Part shown: in pieces, positions 8,894 through 21,100 of the stretch | Numbering within the stretch: the stretch's first letter is position 1 | Layout: each line of letters begins with the position of its first letter | NCBI GenBank assembly: GCA_043779265.1 | Contig: JAYWEM010000073.1 | Location: 1 to 24,363, forward strand | Direction: 5' to 3' | DNA length: 24,363 nucleotides | Origin: a bacterium | GTDB lineage: Bacteria; Eisenbacteria; RBG-16-71-46 | Made by a program: the position numbers and the translations under genes | The notes under the pieces: model-generated | The model's database searches: none | What the model was told of the DNA's origin: nothing | The model's input: only the letters and a program-made list of their open reading frames with translations

Positions 8894-9661
8894 ATGGCCA
8901 TCCTCACCACCGAAGGCGTCGTCCTCAAGGTCCACGCGCTCGGCGACACGAGTCGCATCGTCGTGGTCTACACGCGCGACCTCGGGATGCGGAAGTTCGT
9001 CGCCAAGGGGGCGCGCAAGTCGCCGAGTCGGTTCGGATTCTCGCTCGAACCGTTGTCGCGCTCGACGTTCGTGTTCTACCAGAAGGTCGATCGCGACCTG
9101 CACCTGCTGTCCAAGGCGGAGGTGATCGACCCGCTCGGCAGCCGACTCGCCGACCTCACGCGCCTGGCGCACGCGCAGGCGGCACTCGAGTTGGTGGATG
9201 TGCTGGTCTGGGGCGAGGAGCCGCACGCCGGACTCTATGACCTGCTCGTGCGCACACTCGCCGGATGCGCCGCCGCCCCGGTCGCCGCGCTGCCGGCGGT
9301 GACGTTGGCGTTCCAACTGCAGCTGGCGAGCGAGTTGGGGTATCGTCCCCGGCTCGATCGATGCGCGGTGGACGGTCGGCCCGTATCGCAGCGACGCGCG
9401 TTCTCGCCCCAGCGGGGCGGGCTCCTGTGCGATGGCTGCGCGGTCCGGGAGGGCGGCTACGTGTCGCTCTCGCCCGAAGCGCTCGCGTCGTTCGCGCTGC
9501 TCCTGTCACGGCCCGTGGCCGAGGCCGGGGACTTCATCGAGCTGCCCCGCTGCACGGAACTCCTGCGTGTCGTCGAGGATTTCTTCCGCCTGCATTTCCA
9601 GCGCTTCCGGGGGCTCCGGTCCCTCGAGGTGCTCCGGTCGCTCGAGCGCGGCCCAGCCTAA
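8894..9661 (+). CDS. recO: DNA repair protein RecO
   Basis: [18 protein letters not shown]-like motif, LGYRP and a zinc-finger region. Lies upstream of glyQS as is typical. Confidence 0.93.
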   Translation: MAILTTEGVVLKVHALGDTSRIVVVYTRDLGMRKFVAKGARKSPSRFGFSLEPLSRSTFVFYQKVDRDLHLLSKAEVIDPLGSRLADLTRLAHAQAALELVDVLVWGEEPHAGLYDLLVRTLAGCAAAPVAALPAVTLAFQLQLASELGYRPRLDRCAVDGRPVSQRRAFSPQRGGLLCDGCAVREGGYVSLSPEALASFALLLSRPVAEAGDFIELPRCTELLRVVEDFFRLHFQRFRGLRSLEVLRSLERGPA

Positions 9662-9672
9662 GGAGAGATGAG

Positions 9673-10655
9673 TTGAGCGGTTCGGACCCCAAGCAGTCGT
9701 TGCAGGGCATGATCCTCGCGCTCGAGCAGTTCTGGGCCGAGCGCGGCTGCGTCCTCCAGCAGCCGTACCCTTCCGAAGTCGGCGCGGGCACGTTCAATCC
9801 CGCCACCTTCCTGCGAGCGCTGGGTCCCGAGCCGTGGCGTGTGGCGTTCGTCGAGCCGTCGCGGCGTCCCAAGGACGGCCGTTACGGTGAGAACCCCAAT
9901 CGCTTCCAGCAGTTCTTCCAGTACCAGGTGCTGTTGAAGCCGGCTCCCGGCGATGTCGTGCAGCAGTACTTCCAGTCGCTCGAGGCGATCGGGTTCGACC
10001 TGCGCGGCCACGATGCGCGACTGATCGAGGACGACTGGGAGTCGCCGACGCTCGGGGCGGCGGGGCTCGGCTGGCAGGTGCTGATGGACGGCACCGAGAT
10101 CTCGCAGTTCACCTACTTCCAGCAGTGCGGCGGGCTCGAGCTGCCGGTCGTCTCGGCCGAACTCACGTACGGGCTCGATCGCATCGGCATGATGCTGCAG
10201 GGCCGTGAGCGCGTGCAGGATCTGTTGTGGGCCCCCGGTGTCACGTGGGGCGATCTCTGGGTGCGCAATGAGTGGGAGTGGTCGCACTACAACTTCGAAC
10301 AGGCCCCGGTGAAGGAACTCTTCGAGATGTTCCGCATCTGGGAGGGCGAGGCCGGCCGTCTGCTCGACCTGAAGCTCGTCTCGCCCGGCTACGATGCGGT
10401 CATCAAGTGCTCGCACCTGTTCAATCTGCTCGATGCGCGAGGCGCCATCTCGGTGAGCGAGCGCGTCGGCTACATCGGCCGCGTGCGCGCCATCTCGCGC
10501 AAGGCGGCGCTGGCCTACCACCACCTGCGCGCCGAGCTGGGCTATCCGCTGATCAAGGACGCCGCCGAGCGTGAGCGCTGGCTGGCGCACTACGACGAGC
10601 AGCAGCAGAAGGCGCAGGCGCACGCCGCCAAGCGCGCCGCCAAGGAGGGCGCGCG

Positions 10656-10659
<4 letters not shown>
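9673..10659 (+). CDS. glyQ: Glycine--tRNA ligase alpha subunit (about 328 aa, TTG start)
   Basis: [48 protein letters not shown] and [25 protein letters not shown] at 9659-9665. Confidence 0.97.
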
Positions 10660-14061
<3,402 letters not shown>

Positions 14062-14083
14062 AGCGCGGTCTCGCGACACTGTT

Positions 14084-14119
14084 CGGCCCGCCCTCCTCTC
14101 GGGGCGGGCCGCATTCGTT
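14084..14119 (+). terminator. Probable intrinsic terminator after pyrR
   Basis: Stem CGGCCCGCCCT / GGGGCGGGCCG (11 bp including one G-U), 6-nt loop, followed by a weak tail CATTCGTT. Confidence 0.6.
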
Positions 14120-14134
14120 ACCACCGGCCCGGTT

Positions 14135-14209
14135 CAGAACAAAATTCGGCTAGTGCGCGAAGTAACAAGCGAATCCTTCGCTTGATCGCCGAATCTGTAG
14201 TCGTATCAT
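14135..14209 (+). promoter_or_regulatory. Lrp-gene control region: Lrp-type box CAGAACAAAATTCGG (14135-14149) and promoter TTGATC-N16-TATCAT (14182-14209)
   Basis: AT-rich patch. The box resembles the Lrp/AsnC AGAAT-NNN-ATTCT palindrome. Confidence 0.5.
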
Positions 14210-14232
14210 CTGTGACCGGGAGGATATGCCGA

Positions 14233-14712
14233 ATGCTCGACGTGATCGACCGCCGCATTCTGACGCTGCTGCAGGAGAATGGCCGCATCTCGAACGCGGA
14301 GATCGCCCGCCAGGTGGAGATGGCCCCATCGGCCGTGCTCGAGCGCGTTCGCCGGCTCGAGGAGCGCGGCATCGTGCGCGGCTACTATGCCCAGCTCGAT
14401 GCCAAGTCGCTCGAACGACCGATGCTCGCGTTCGTGTTGGTCCGAAGTGACGAGCGCACCGGCGAGATGAACGCCGGCCAGGCGCTGGCCCGCATTGCCG
14501 AAGTGCTCGAGGTGCACCACGTGGCGGGGCAGGACTGCTACCTCGTCAAGGTGCGCGTGCGCGATTCCGAGGCACTCGGCCGACTGCTGCGCGAGCAGTT
14601 CGGTGCGATCCCGCAGGTCCGCTCGACTCAGAGCACCATCGTGCTCGAGACGATCAAAGAGGGCTGGACGCTGCCCATCGACCCGGCGCCCGAGCGGGCG
14701 GCTCGCCGGTGA
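14233..14712 (+). CDS. Lrp/AsnC family transcriptional regulator (159 aa)
   Basis: LDVIDRRILTLLQENGRISNAEIAR..ERVRRLEERGIVRGY HTH and the RAM-domain motif EVHHVAGQDCYLVKV. GGGAGG SD. Confidence 0.94.
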   Translation: MLDVIDRRILTLLQENGRISNAEIARQVEMAPSAVLERVRRLEERGIVRGYYAQLDAKSLERPMLAFVLVRSDERTGEMNAGQALARIAEVLEVHHVAGQDCYLVKVRVRDSEALGRLLREQFGAIPQVRSTQSTIVLETIKEGWTLPIDPAPERAARR

Positions 14713-15668
14713 CCGAACTCAAGGCGCGCGGCCTGTGGCCGCTCGTGCTGACCTGCTTCGCGGTGACCTGGTTCGTGTGGGGCTCGACCTTCCTCGCGAT
14801 CCGCTTCGCCATCGTCGACATCCCACCGCTGCTCATGTGCGGCATCCGGCTGCTCCTGGCGGGCGTCATCCTGCTGGTGTGGGCCGCCGTGACTCGGATG
14901 CCGTGGCCGAAGGGTAGCGAGTGGCGGAGTGCGGCGATCGTCGGGCTGCTGTTGCCCGCGGCGGGCAACGGCTCGGTGACGATCGGCGTCGGGCACCTGC
15001 CCTCGGGGATCGTCGCGCTGCTGCTGGCGATGATCCCGCTGTGGATGGCCTGGCTCGGCTTCATCGGCCCCGAGGCCACGACGCCCACGCCGCGCGCCCT
15101 GATCGGCCTGGTGCTCGGTTTCGGCGGCATCGCGCTGCTGATCGGCCCCGGCCTCGCGGATGCCTCGCGCGCCGAGTTCTCGCCGTGGTGGTCGCTCATC
15201 CCGGTGATGGGCGCGTTCTCGTGGGCGTGGGGCTCGATGTGGTCGAGGCGCGTGCGCATGCCGTCGTCACCGCTCGTCTCGACGGCGGTCGGAATGACGG
15301 CGGGAGGGCTCGCGTTGTTGCTGCTCGCCACGTTCGCCGGGGAATGGCCGCGGCTCGATCTGGCGCACATCGGGCCGGCGGCATGGGCGGCACTGCTCTA
15401 CCTGTCGGTGTTCGGATCCGCGATCGGCTTCAGCGCCTACCTGGTGCTCCTCCAGCATGTCTCGCCGGGCAAGGCCGCGACCTATGCCTTCATCAACCCG
15501 GTCGTGGCGATGGCGCTCGGGTGGGCCTTCGTCGGCGAGGCGCTGTCGGCCCGCACACTGCTCGCTTCGGGCATGGTGGTCGTCGCCGTCGCGCTCATCA
15601 CGACCGCGCCGGTGGCTGCCTCGCGCATCGCATCGGCGGGTTCCGCGGCAGCCGTCCGCCGTCCCTGA
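14709..15668 (+). CDS. EamA/DMT family transporter (YedA-like)
   Basis: VWGSTFLAIRFA, PPLL..GIR, YLSVFGS.IGFSAY and TYAFINPVVA; about 10 TM segments. GTGA overlap with the Lrp gene. Confidence 0.93.
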   Translation: MTELKARGLWPLVLTCFAVTWFVWGSTFLAIRFAIVDIPPLLMCGIRLLLAGVILLVWAAVTRMPWPKGSEWRSAAIVGLLLPAAGNGSVTIGVGHLPSGIVALLLAMIPLWMAWLGFIGPEATTPTPRALIGLVLGFGGIALLIGPGLADASRAEFSPWWSLIPVMGAFSWAWGSMWSRRVRMPSSPLVSTAVGMTAGGLALLLLATFAGEWPRLDLAHIGPAAWAALLYLSVFGSAIGFSAYLVLLQHVSPGKAATYAFINPVVAMALGWAFVGEALSARTLLASGMVVVAVALITTAPVAASRIASAGSAAAVRRP

Positions 15669-15753
15669 GAGCGACGCCTCAAGTCGTTCGCGGCGGGCCG
15701 GCACGAAGCCCGCAGGTTCGTGCTGGACGCATGCGCGCGGCACCGGCTAGTTT
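15669..15753 (+). promoter_or_regulatory. Two tandem hairpins followed by a candidate mgtE promoter (TGGACG-N18-TAGTTT, 15724-15753)
   Basis: GAGCGAC/GTCGTTC (15669-15689) and CCGGCACGAA/TTCGTGCTGG (15698-15726). Confidence 0.4.
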
Positions 15754-15809
15754 GCCTTCCCGCGCCGACGCCCGATGCCTCGTGCGCGCCCCCCGCCCGG
15801 AGCGCCCCC

Positions 15810-17147
15810 ATGGACTCGCTGCGCCGAGAGAGTCAGAGCGATGCGGGTCTCGAGGTCGAGGACCTCCTCGAGACCTGGCGTCTGCTCGACCTCGAGGAAC
15901 GCTACGAGGCGTTCATGGACCTGCCGCGCGCGCCGGCGGAGGACTTCTTCCTCGAGCTCTCGGCGCGTGAGGAGTACGAACTGGTCATGGCGATGGCCGC
16001 CGACCAGCGTCGCTCCTGGATGCGGCTGCTGCCGCCTGACGACGCCGCCGACGTCGTTCAGGAGGCCGATGACGACGAGCGAGAGGGCTTGCTCGCCCTG
16101 CTCGACGAGCAGACCAAGCGCGAGGTCAGGGCGCTGCTGGCCTACGCCGAGGACGACGCCGGCGGCCTGATGAACCCGCGTTTCGCGCGCGTGCGTCCCG
16201 ATGTCAGCGTCGATGAGGCGATCAGCTATCTGAGACGCCAGGCGACCGCGACGATCGAGAGTCTCTATTACATCTACGCCGTCGAGGCCGACCACAAGTT
16301 GGCGGGTGTGGTGTCGTTCCGTGATCTGTTCTCGGCGCCGCCCGGCAAGACCATCCGCGAGATCATGGTCACCGACCTCGTCACGTCGTTCGAGGACATG
16401 GATCAGGAGGAACTGGGCCGGCTTTTCGCCCAGTACGACCTTCAGGCGATCCCGGTCGTCGATGTCGAAGGCCGCATGAAGGGCATCGTCACGGTCGACG
16501 ACATCGTCGACGTGCTGCAGGAAGAGGCCACCGAGGACATCCAGAAGATCGGTGGTAGTGAAGCGCTCGAAGCGCCCTATCTGGAGACCGGATTCTTCTC
16601 GCTGCTGAGGAAGCGCGTCTCGTGGCTCGCGGTGCTGTTCATCGGCGAGATGTTCACGGCCTCGGCGATGGGGCGATTCGAGCATGTGCTGGGCAGTGCG
16701 TTGGTGCTCGGGCTGTTCATCCCGCTCATCATCTCGAGCGGCGGCAACTCGGGTTCCCAGGCCTCGACACTGGTCATCCGCGCCATGGCGCTGGGCGAGG
16801 TCACGCTCTCCGACTGGTGGCGTGTCGTGAAGCGCGAGGTCATGCAGGGCGCCGTCATGGGCCTGCTGCTCGGCGTGCTCGGGTTCGCCCGGATCGAGCT
16901 GTGGCAGCACCTGTTCCAGACCTATGGTGAGCACAGCATGCTCGTCGCGCTGACGGTCGGCGTGAGCGTGATGGGCGTGGTGATGTTCGGCACCATCACG
17001 GGCAGCATGCTGCCGTTCCTGCTGCGCCGCGCCGGGCTCGATCCCGCCAGCGCATCGGCTCCATTCGTCGCGACGCTGGTCGACGTGGTCGGTATCGTCC
17101 TCTACTTCTCGGCGGCCACGATCCTGCTGCGCGGCACGCTGCTGTGA
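15810..17147 (+). CDS. mgtE: Magnesium transporter MgtE (445 aa)
   Basis: Acidic N-domain, AGGLMNP, CBS pair, GIVTVDDIVDV, GGNSGSQ and DPASASAPFVATLVDVVG. GGAG SD. Confidence 0.96.
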   Translation: MDSLRRESQSDAGLEVEDLLETWRLLDLEERYEAFMDLPRAPAEDFFLELSAREEYELVMAMAADQRRSWMRLLPPDDAADVVQEADDDEREGLLALLDEQTKREVRALLAYAEDDAGGLMNPRFARVRPDVSVDEAISYLRRQATATIESLYYIYAVEADHKLAGVVSFRDLFSAPPGKTIREIMVTDLVTSFEDMDQEELGRLFAQYDLQAIPVVDVEGRMKGIVTVDDIVDVLQEEATEDIQKIGGSEALEAPYLETGFFSLLRKRVSWLAVLFIGEMFTASAMGRFEHVLGSALVLGLFIPLIISSGGNSGSQASTLVIRAMALGEVTLSDWWRVVKREVMQGAVMGLLLGVLGFARIELWQHLFQTYGEHSMLVALTVGVSVMGVVMFGTITGSMLPFLLRRAGLDPASASAPFVATLVDVVGIVLYFSAATILLRGTLL

Positions 17148-18010
17148 TGATCGTCACGATCCTCCTCGCGCTCGCGGCCACCGCGAGCGGTGACACGGCG
17201 CGCGTGATCCATCCGCCGCAAGGGCTGTTCGTGCGCGAGTTCAGCTTCACGCCCGACGGCAAGGAGTTGCTGTTCTCCGGCTCGTTCGGAAGCCGCTCGG
17301 CGCTCTTCCGCTGCGATCTCCAGGGCGAAGGCGCGCGCGCCATCACCGACACGAGCGGTTGGCATCAATGGGGCGATCTGTCGCCCGACGGCAGCCGCAT
17401 GCTCTACGTGGCACAGCCCGACTCGGTCCCGTACCTGCGCGTGCGCGACCTGGCGACCGGCGAGGAGCACCGCGCGACCGCCGACTCGATGGCCGAGACG
17501 ACGCCGGCGTGGTCGCCCGATGGCAAGCACATCGCCTACGGAAGGCGAACGGGTGATCGCATCCAGCTCTGGCGGATGCGCGCCGATGGGCGAGAGGCGC
17601 GGGCGATCGGCGGAACGAGCGGTGCCGAGTACAACCCGGAGTGGTCGCCCGATGGGGAGTGGATCGTCCACTACGTCTCGTGGAACTCGGGCGACTCGCT
17701 CGTGTTGATGCGCAGTGACGGCCGCGACCGTCGCGTGATCGGCCCGGGCCTGTGGCCCAGCTTCTCGCCCGATGGCAAATGGCTCGTGTTCACGCGCGTC
17801 ACGGCCCGCGGCGCCCCGCAGGTCTGGCGCATGACGTCGGACGGCGGCGAGCAGCGATTCGTGGCCGATCGCGCTTTCTTCGCGCGCTACACGCCAGACG
17901 GAACCCACATCGCGTTCCTCGCGCTGACCGACGACGCAGTCGAGCCCGGCAGCCACCTCCATTGGGTGAAGCCCGACGGCAGCGGTCTGGAGCGACTGCT
18001 GCCGAGGTGA
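17147..18010 (+). CDS. Secreted TolB-like PD40/WD40 beta-propeller protein (287 aa)
   Basis: Signal peptide followed by six (S/T)PDG repeats (FTPDG, LSPDG, WSPDG x2, FSPDG, YTPDG). Overlaps the mgtE stop; GTG 17144 is an alternative start. Confidence 0.88.
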   Translation: MIVTILLALAATASGDTARVIHPPQGLFVREFSFTPDGKELLFSGSFGSRSALFRCDLQGEGARAITDTSGWHQWGDLSPDGSRMLYVAQPDSVPYLRVRDLATGEEHRATADSMAETTPAWSPDGKHIAYGRRTGDRIQLWRMRADGREARAIGGTSGAEYNPEWSPDGEWIVHYVSWNSGDSLVLMRSDGRDRRVIGPGLWPSFSPDGKWLVFTRVTARGAPQVWRMTSDGGEQRFVADRAFFARYTPDGTHIAFLALTDDAVEPGSHLHWVKPDGSGLERLLPR

Positions 18011-18050
18011 GGGCGCAGACGGTCCGGTCAAGCGCGGGCGGCCAAGTCAA

Positions 18051-18082
18051 GCCGCCCGGGGCATGGGGTGCCCCCGGGCGGC
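18051..18082. terminator. GC-rich inverted repeat between convergent genes (terminator or REP-like)
   Basis: GCCGCCCGGGG / CCCCGGGCGGC perfect 11-bp stem, extendable inward (CAT/GTG) and outward (GTCA/TGAC). No U tract. Confidence 0.55.
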
Positions 18083-18111
18083 CTCTGACGGCTGAGTCCT
18101 GTGGGTCGCGA

Positions 18112-21100
18112 CTAGGGAATCAGCACGATGGTCCGAGTCGCCGTGAACTCCGACGCGCGAAGTCTGGCGTAGTAGAGTCCGGATGCGACCCGTCGATCTC
18201 CATTTCCGAGACCGTTCCACGAGATTCGGTAGCGGCCTGCTGCTCGGCTCTCGCGAGCGATCGTGTGGACGATGCGCCCCTGCGTATCGAGCACATCGAG
18301 CCTCAGGTCACTCGCCCGCGGCAAGTCGACTGCGAAGGTCACGCGGCCCGAACTCGGGTTGGGCAATGCGGGCCCCAGCGCGAACTCGCGCGGTAGCTCT
18401 GGTTGGGCCTCCGAGCCCTGTCTCCCCGTCCCTCCCACGGCGGAGTTGCTGTAGCTGCCCGCGACCTCAAGGAAGAAGTTGCGTCTTGTGCCGGGAGGGG
18501 CGGGCGGAGCCGCGAACCGGATTCCCGCGGGACCCTCCCGTGTCAGAGTCAGACCCGCCCCATCCTCGCCCGAAAGGCTGGTCGGGTCGCCGCCGCCGTC
18601 CACTTGTGTCGCAGTCAGCACATGGCTCGCGGAGGCCCCCGAGGCATCATCCATCATGATGCGATCGACTCCTCGAAGCCGGACCGGCTGGTCGGCCACC
18701 AAGCGCACTCGGCCACCGGTGAGGCCGCTGACTCCGAACGAGTCGAGCTTCCGCCTCGGATGGATGCGCCGCGCTGTGCGCCAGGTGTCGCCATCCAGCA
18801 CTTGGACCGCAACGCCGACATCTGCACTGGCGACCGCTCGTTCGCAATCGACCGCGACGCCACTCGTTCCCGAGGAATGGGGCCAGTGGAATTCGAGGGC
18901 TTCGCCGGCTGAGAGCAGCAGCCCGTCTTCTGAGGCCAACACACTTCCCAGCGACTGGCCTTCGGCGTTCACGACTTCCGTAGGCGGCTCGGAGGGCCCG
19001 ATCAGAAGACCATCTTGGCTCGCCACGACTCGTACGCCCTCCGCACAATCGACCACGTGCAGTCGGAGCGCGTCGATGAACGCACCGCCTCCTGCCGAGG
19101 TCGTCAAACGCACGGTGTATTGCTCGCCAGCGGCATCGGGAGTCAGATCAGGCAGACTTGCGATCTGCCTTGTGAACGCTCCGGCCTCAACGCCGTCGAG
19201 GAATGTGTTGCGATCGGAGAGGTCCTGCATCGACGGCAACATGGTGTGCGCGCCCGAGCCACCGCGGCGACCCAGTGGATCCCACTCGCCGCCCCCGCCA
19301 CAGAAGGGCGCGCAGGGCGGGGGACTGCTCTGGATCGTGATTCTGACCACGCGAGTATCGACGTCGCCACTCGGGTCGGTGGCACGGATGATCGCGTGGT
19401 GCACACCCGCTGCTGGCTCGGACCAGGTGAACTGACCGTTGTTGATCGCGGCGCCCGCGGGCAGCGTGGAGTGCAAGAAGGACACCGGTTCACCGTCGGG
19501 GTCTGATGCCGACAGCGCGAAGTTCAATGCTGTCGCTGTCGCACCGGTCTGGTCGGCGATGGCGGCGAGCGATGGCGGGTGGTCGTAACTGAGCCGCTCC
19601 ATCCAGACATCGACTTCATTCGTGATCCGATGCCGCTGCTCGAACGCGTAGTACTGACCGTTCTTGGACCAGGCCGTGTGCCTTTGGGCGTAGGTCAGGT
19701 CCTGTGCGCGATAGAACGTGTCGCGCGCGGCTGTCGTCGTGTCGAGAAGGGCAAGACGTTCTGCTGTGTTCGACCCGGCGCAGTAGAAGACGCTGCCGAT
19801 GCTTGCTTCGGCTGAGCGATTCGGGATCGGCGTCGTGGTGCCGACGAGCACGCGTCCGCGTCCAGGTGAGAAGTCGAAAGATCGCACGGGCATCGGGAGC
19901 GTCGACTCCGGGGTCAGCTCGCTGCCCCAGCGCCATGCCCAGTGGACTCGATCCGACTTCGATGGGATCGCGATCAGGACTCTCAGCCCGTCTGGGCTCC
20001 ATCGAGGCTTCGGAGTGGCGCCATCAAGGACTCCCAACGTGTCGATGATCCTCCCGCCGGTGCCGTCCAGCCCGACCCATCGGAGATACGCGATCGACTC
20101 TCCGGTCGGGATGTGGAGATAGGCCAGCCCCTGTCCGTCAGGCTGGAAGGCGGGCATCATCGCTCGACCGCTGGGAGTAGCGACGTTGTAGGCACTCGCA
20201 CTGGTCGTCATGGACTTGAGCCAGAGCCCGCTCTCCGCACCGGTCGCGGCCTCGAACACGATGAGGTCCCGGCGCGGTGACCAATCGGGGCCGAACTGGC
20301 TGAACCCAGTTAATCCGGTCGCGACCAGCGAGTGCGAAGAACTGCCAGGAGCGCGACGGTAGATCTTCGGCAGCGGCGAAAAGCTCGCGTCGACGGTCGA
20401 ATAGGCAAGTTCGTTGGCATCCCAGGACCAAGCGGGGTGAAGGTCGGCAGCGCCGACGTGTGCGGCAATGGCGGCCGCAGGGGAGTGCGAGACATTCGAA
20501 GGAAGCACGCGGACGTCGAGGCGATACGGAAAGGCCTCCTCGTACCCCACGTCCCCGGTCTGTCCAACACTGATGAGCTTGCCCGGGCCGACGCTGAGCG
20601 TGAGCAGCACCGACTTGTACGTGGTGCCGAAGTCCGGGAGCGTGAGGGTGATGGAGCGGCTCCCGAGCGTGTCGGTCGCTGAACTGTCGAGCGCGGTCGC
20701 GATGAGCGCCGAGGCAGGGAACCGCCAGAGATCGGGTTCCTCGCCTCCCATGTCAGCGCGGTCGTAACCGATGAGATTGGCGAAGATCTGACCGTCCTTG
20801 TCCGAGAGGCCGAAGTTGCGATCGCACGCATAGCAGGCTGTCGGCGTGACCCGCACAACGAGCGTTCTCGACGCTGACGCCAAATCGGAGCCCGCACGAA
20901 TGACCCAGTAGTTGGCGGCGAAGGGCGCTATGGCCAGCGGCATCTCCGCGCCGCGAAAGCTCCGCACACCCGCCAGCGTCGTCTCTCTCGCAACCTGCGC
21001 CAGGCTGAGTTGGAGCGAGGGAGCGATCGCCACGATGTCCGTCGAGCTGCACCCGTCGATCGCCTGCCAGGCGCGCTGGTTGCGACCGGTCGAGAAGCCA

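Noticed and set aside
9668..9676. Mini-ORF ATG-AGT-TGA overlapping the glyQ start
   Set aside because: The ATG is only 2 nt from the SD, while TTG 9673 has optimal spacing. No evidence of a leader peptide or T-box.
17147..20460. SPDG repeats as possible CRISPR-like or DGR-type DNA repeats
   Set aside because: They are protein-level PD40 repeats with divergent DNA. I saw no regular array, cas gene, reverse transcriptase, integrase or transposase in the window.
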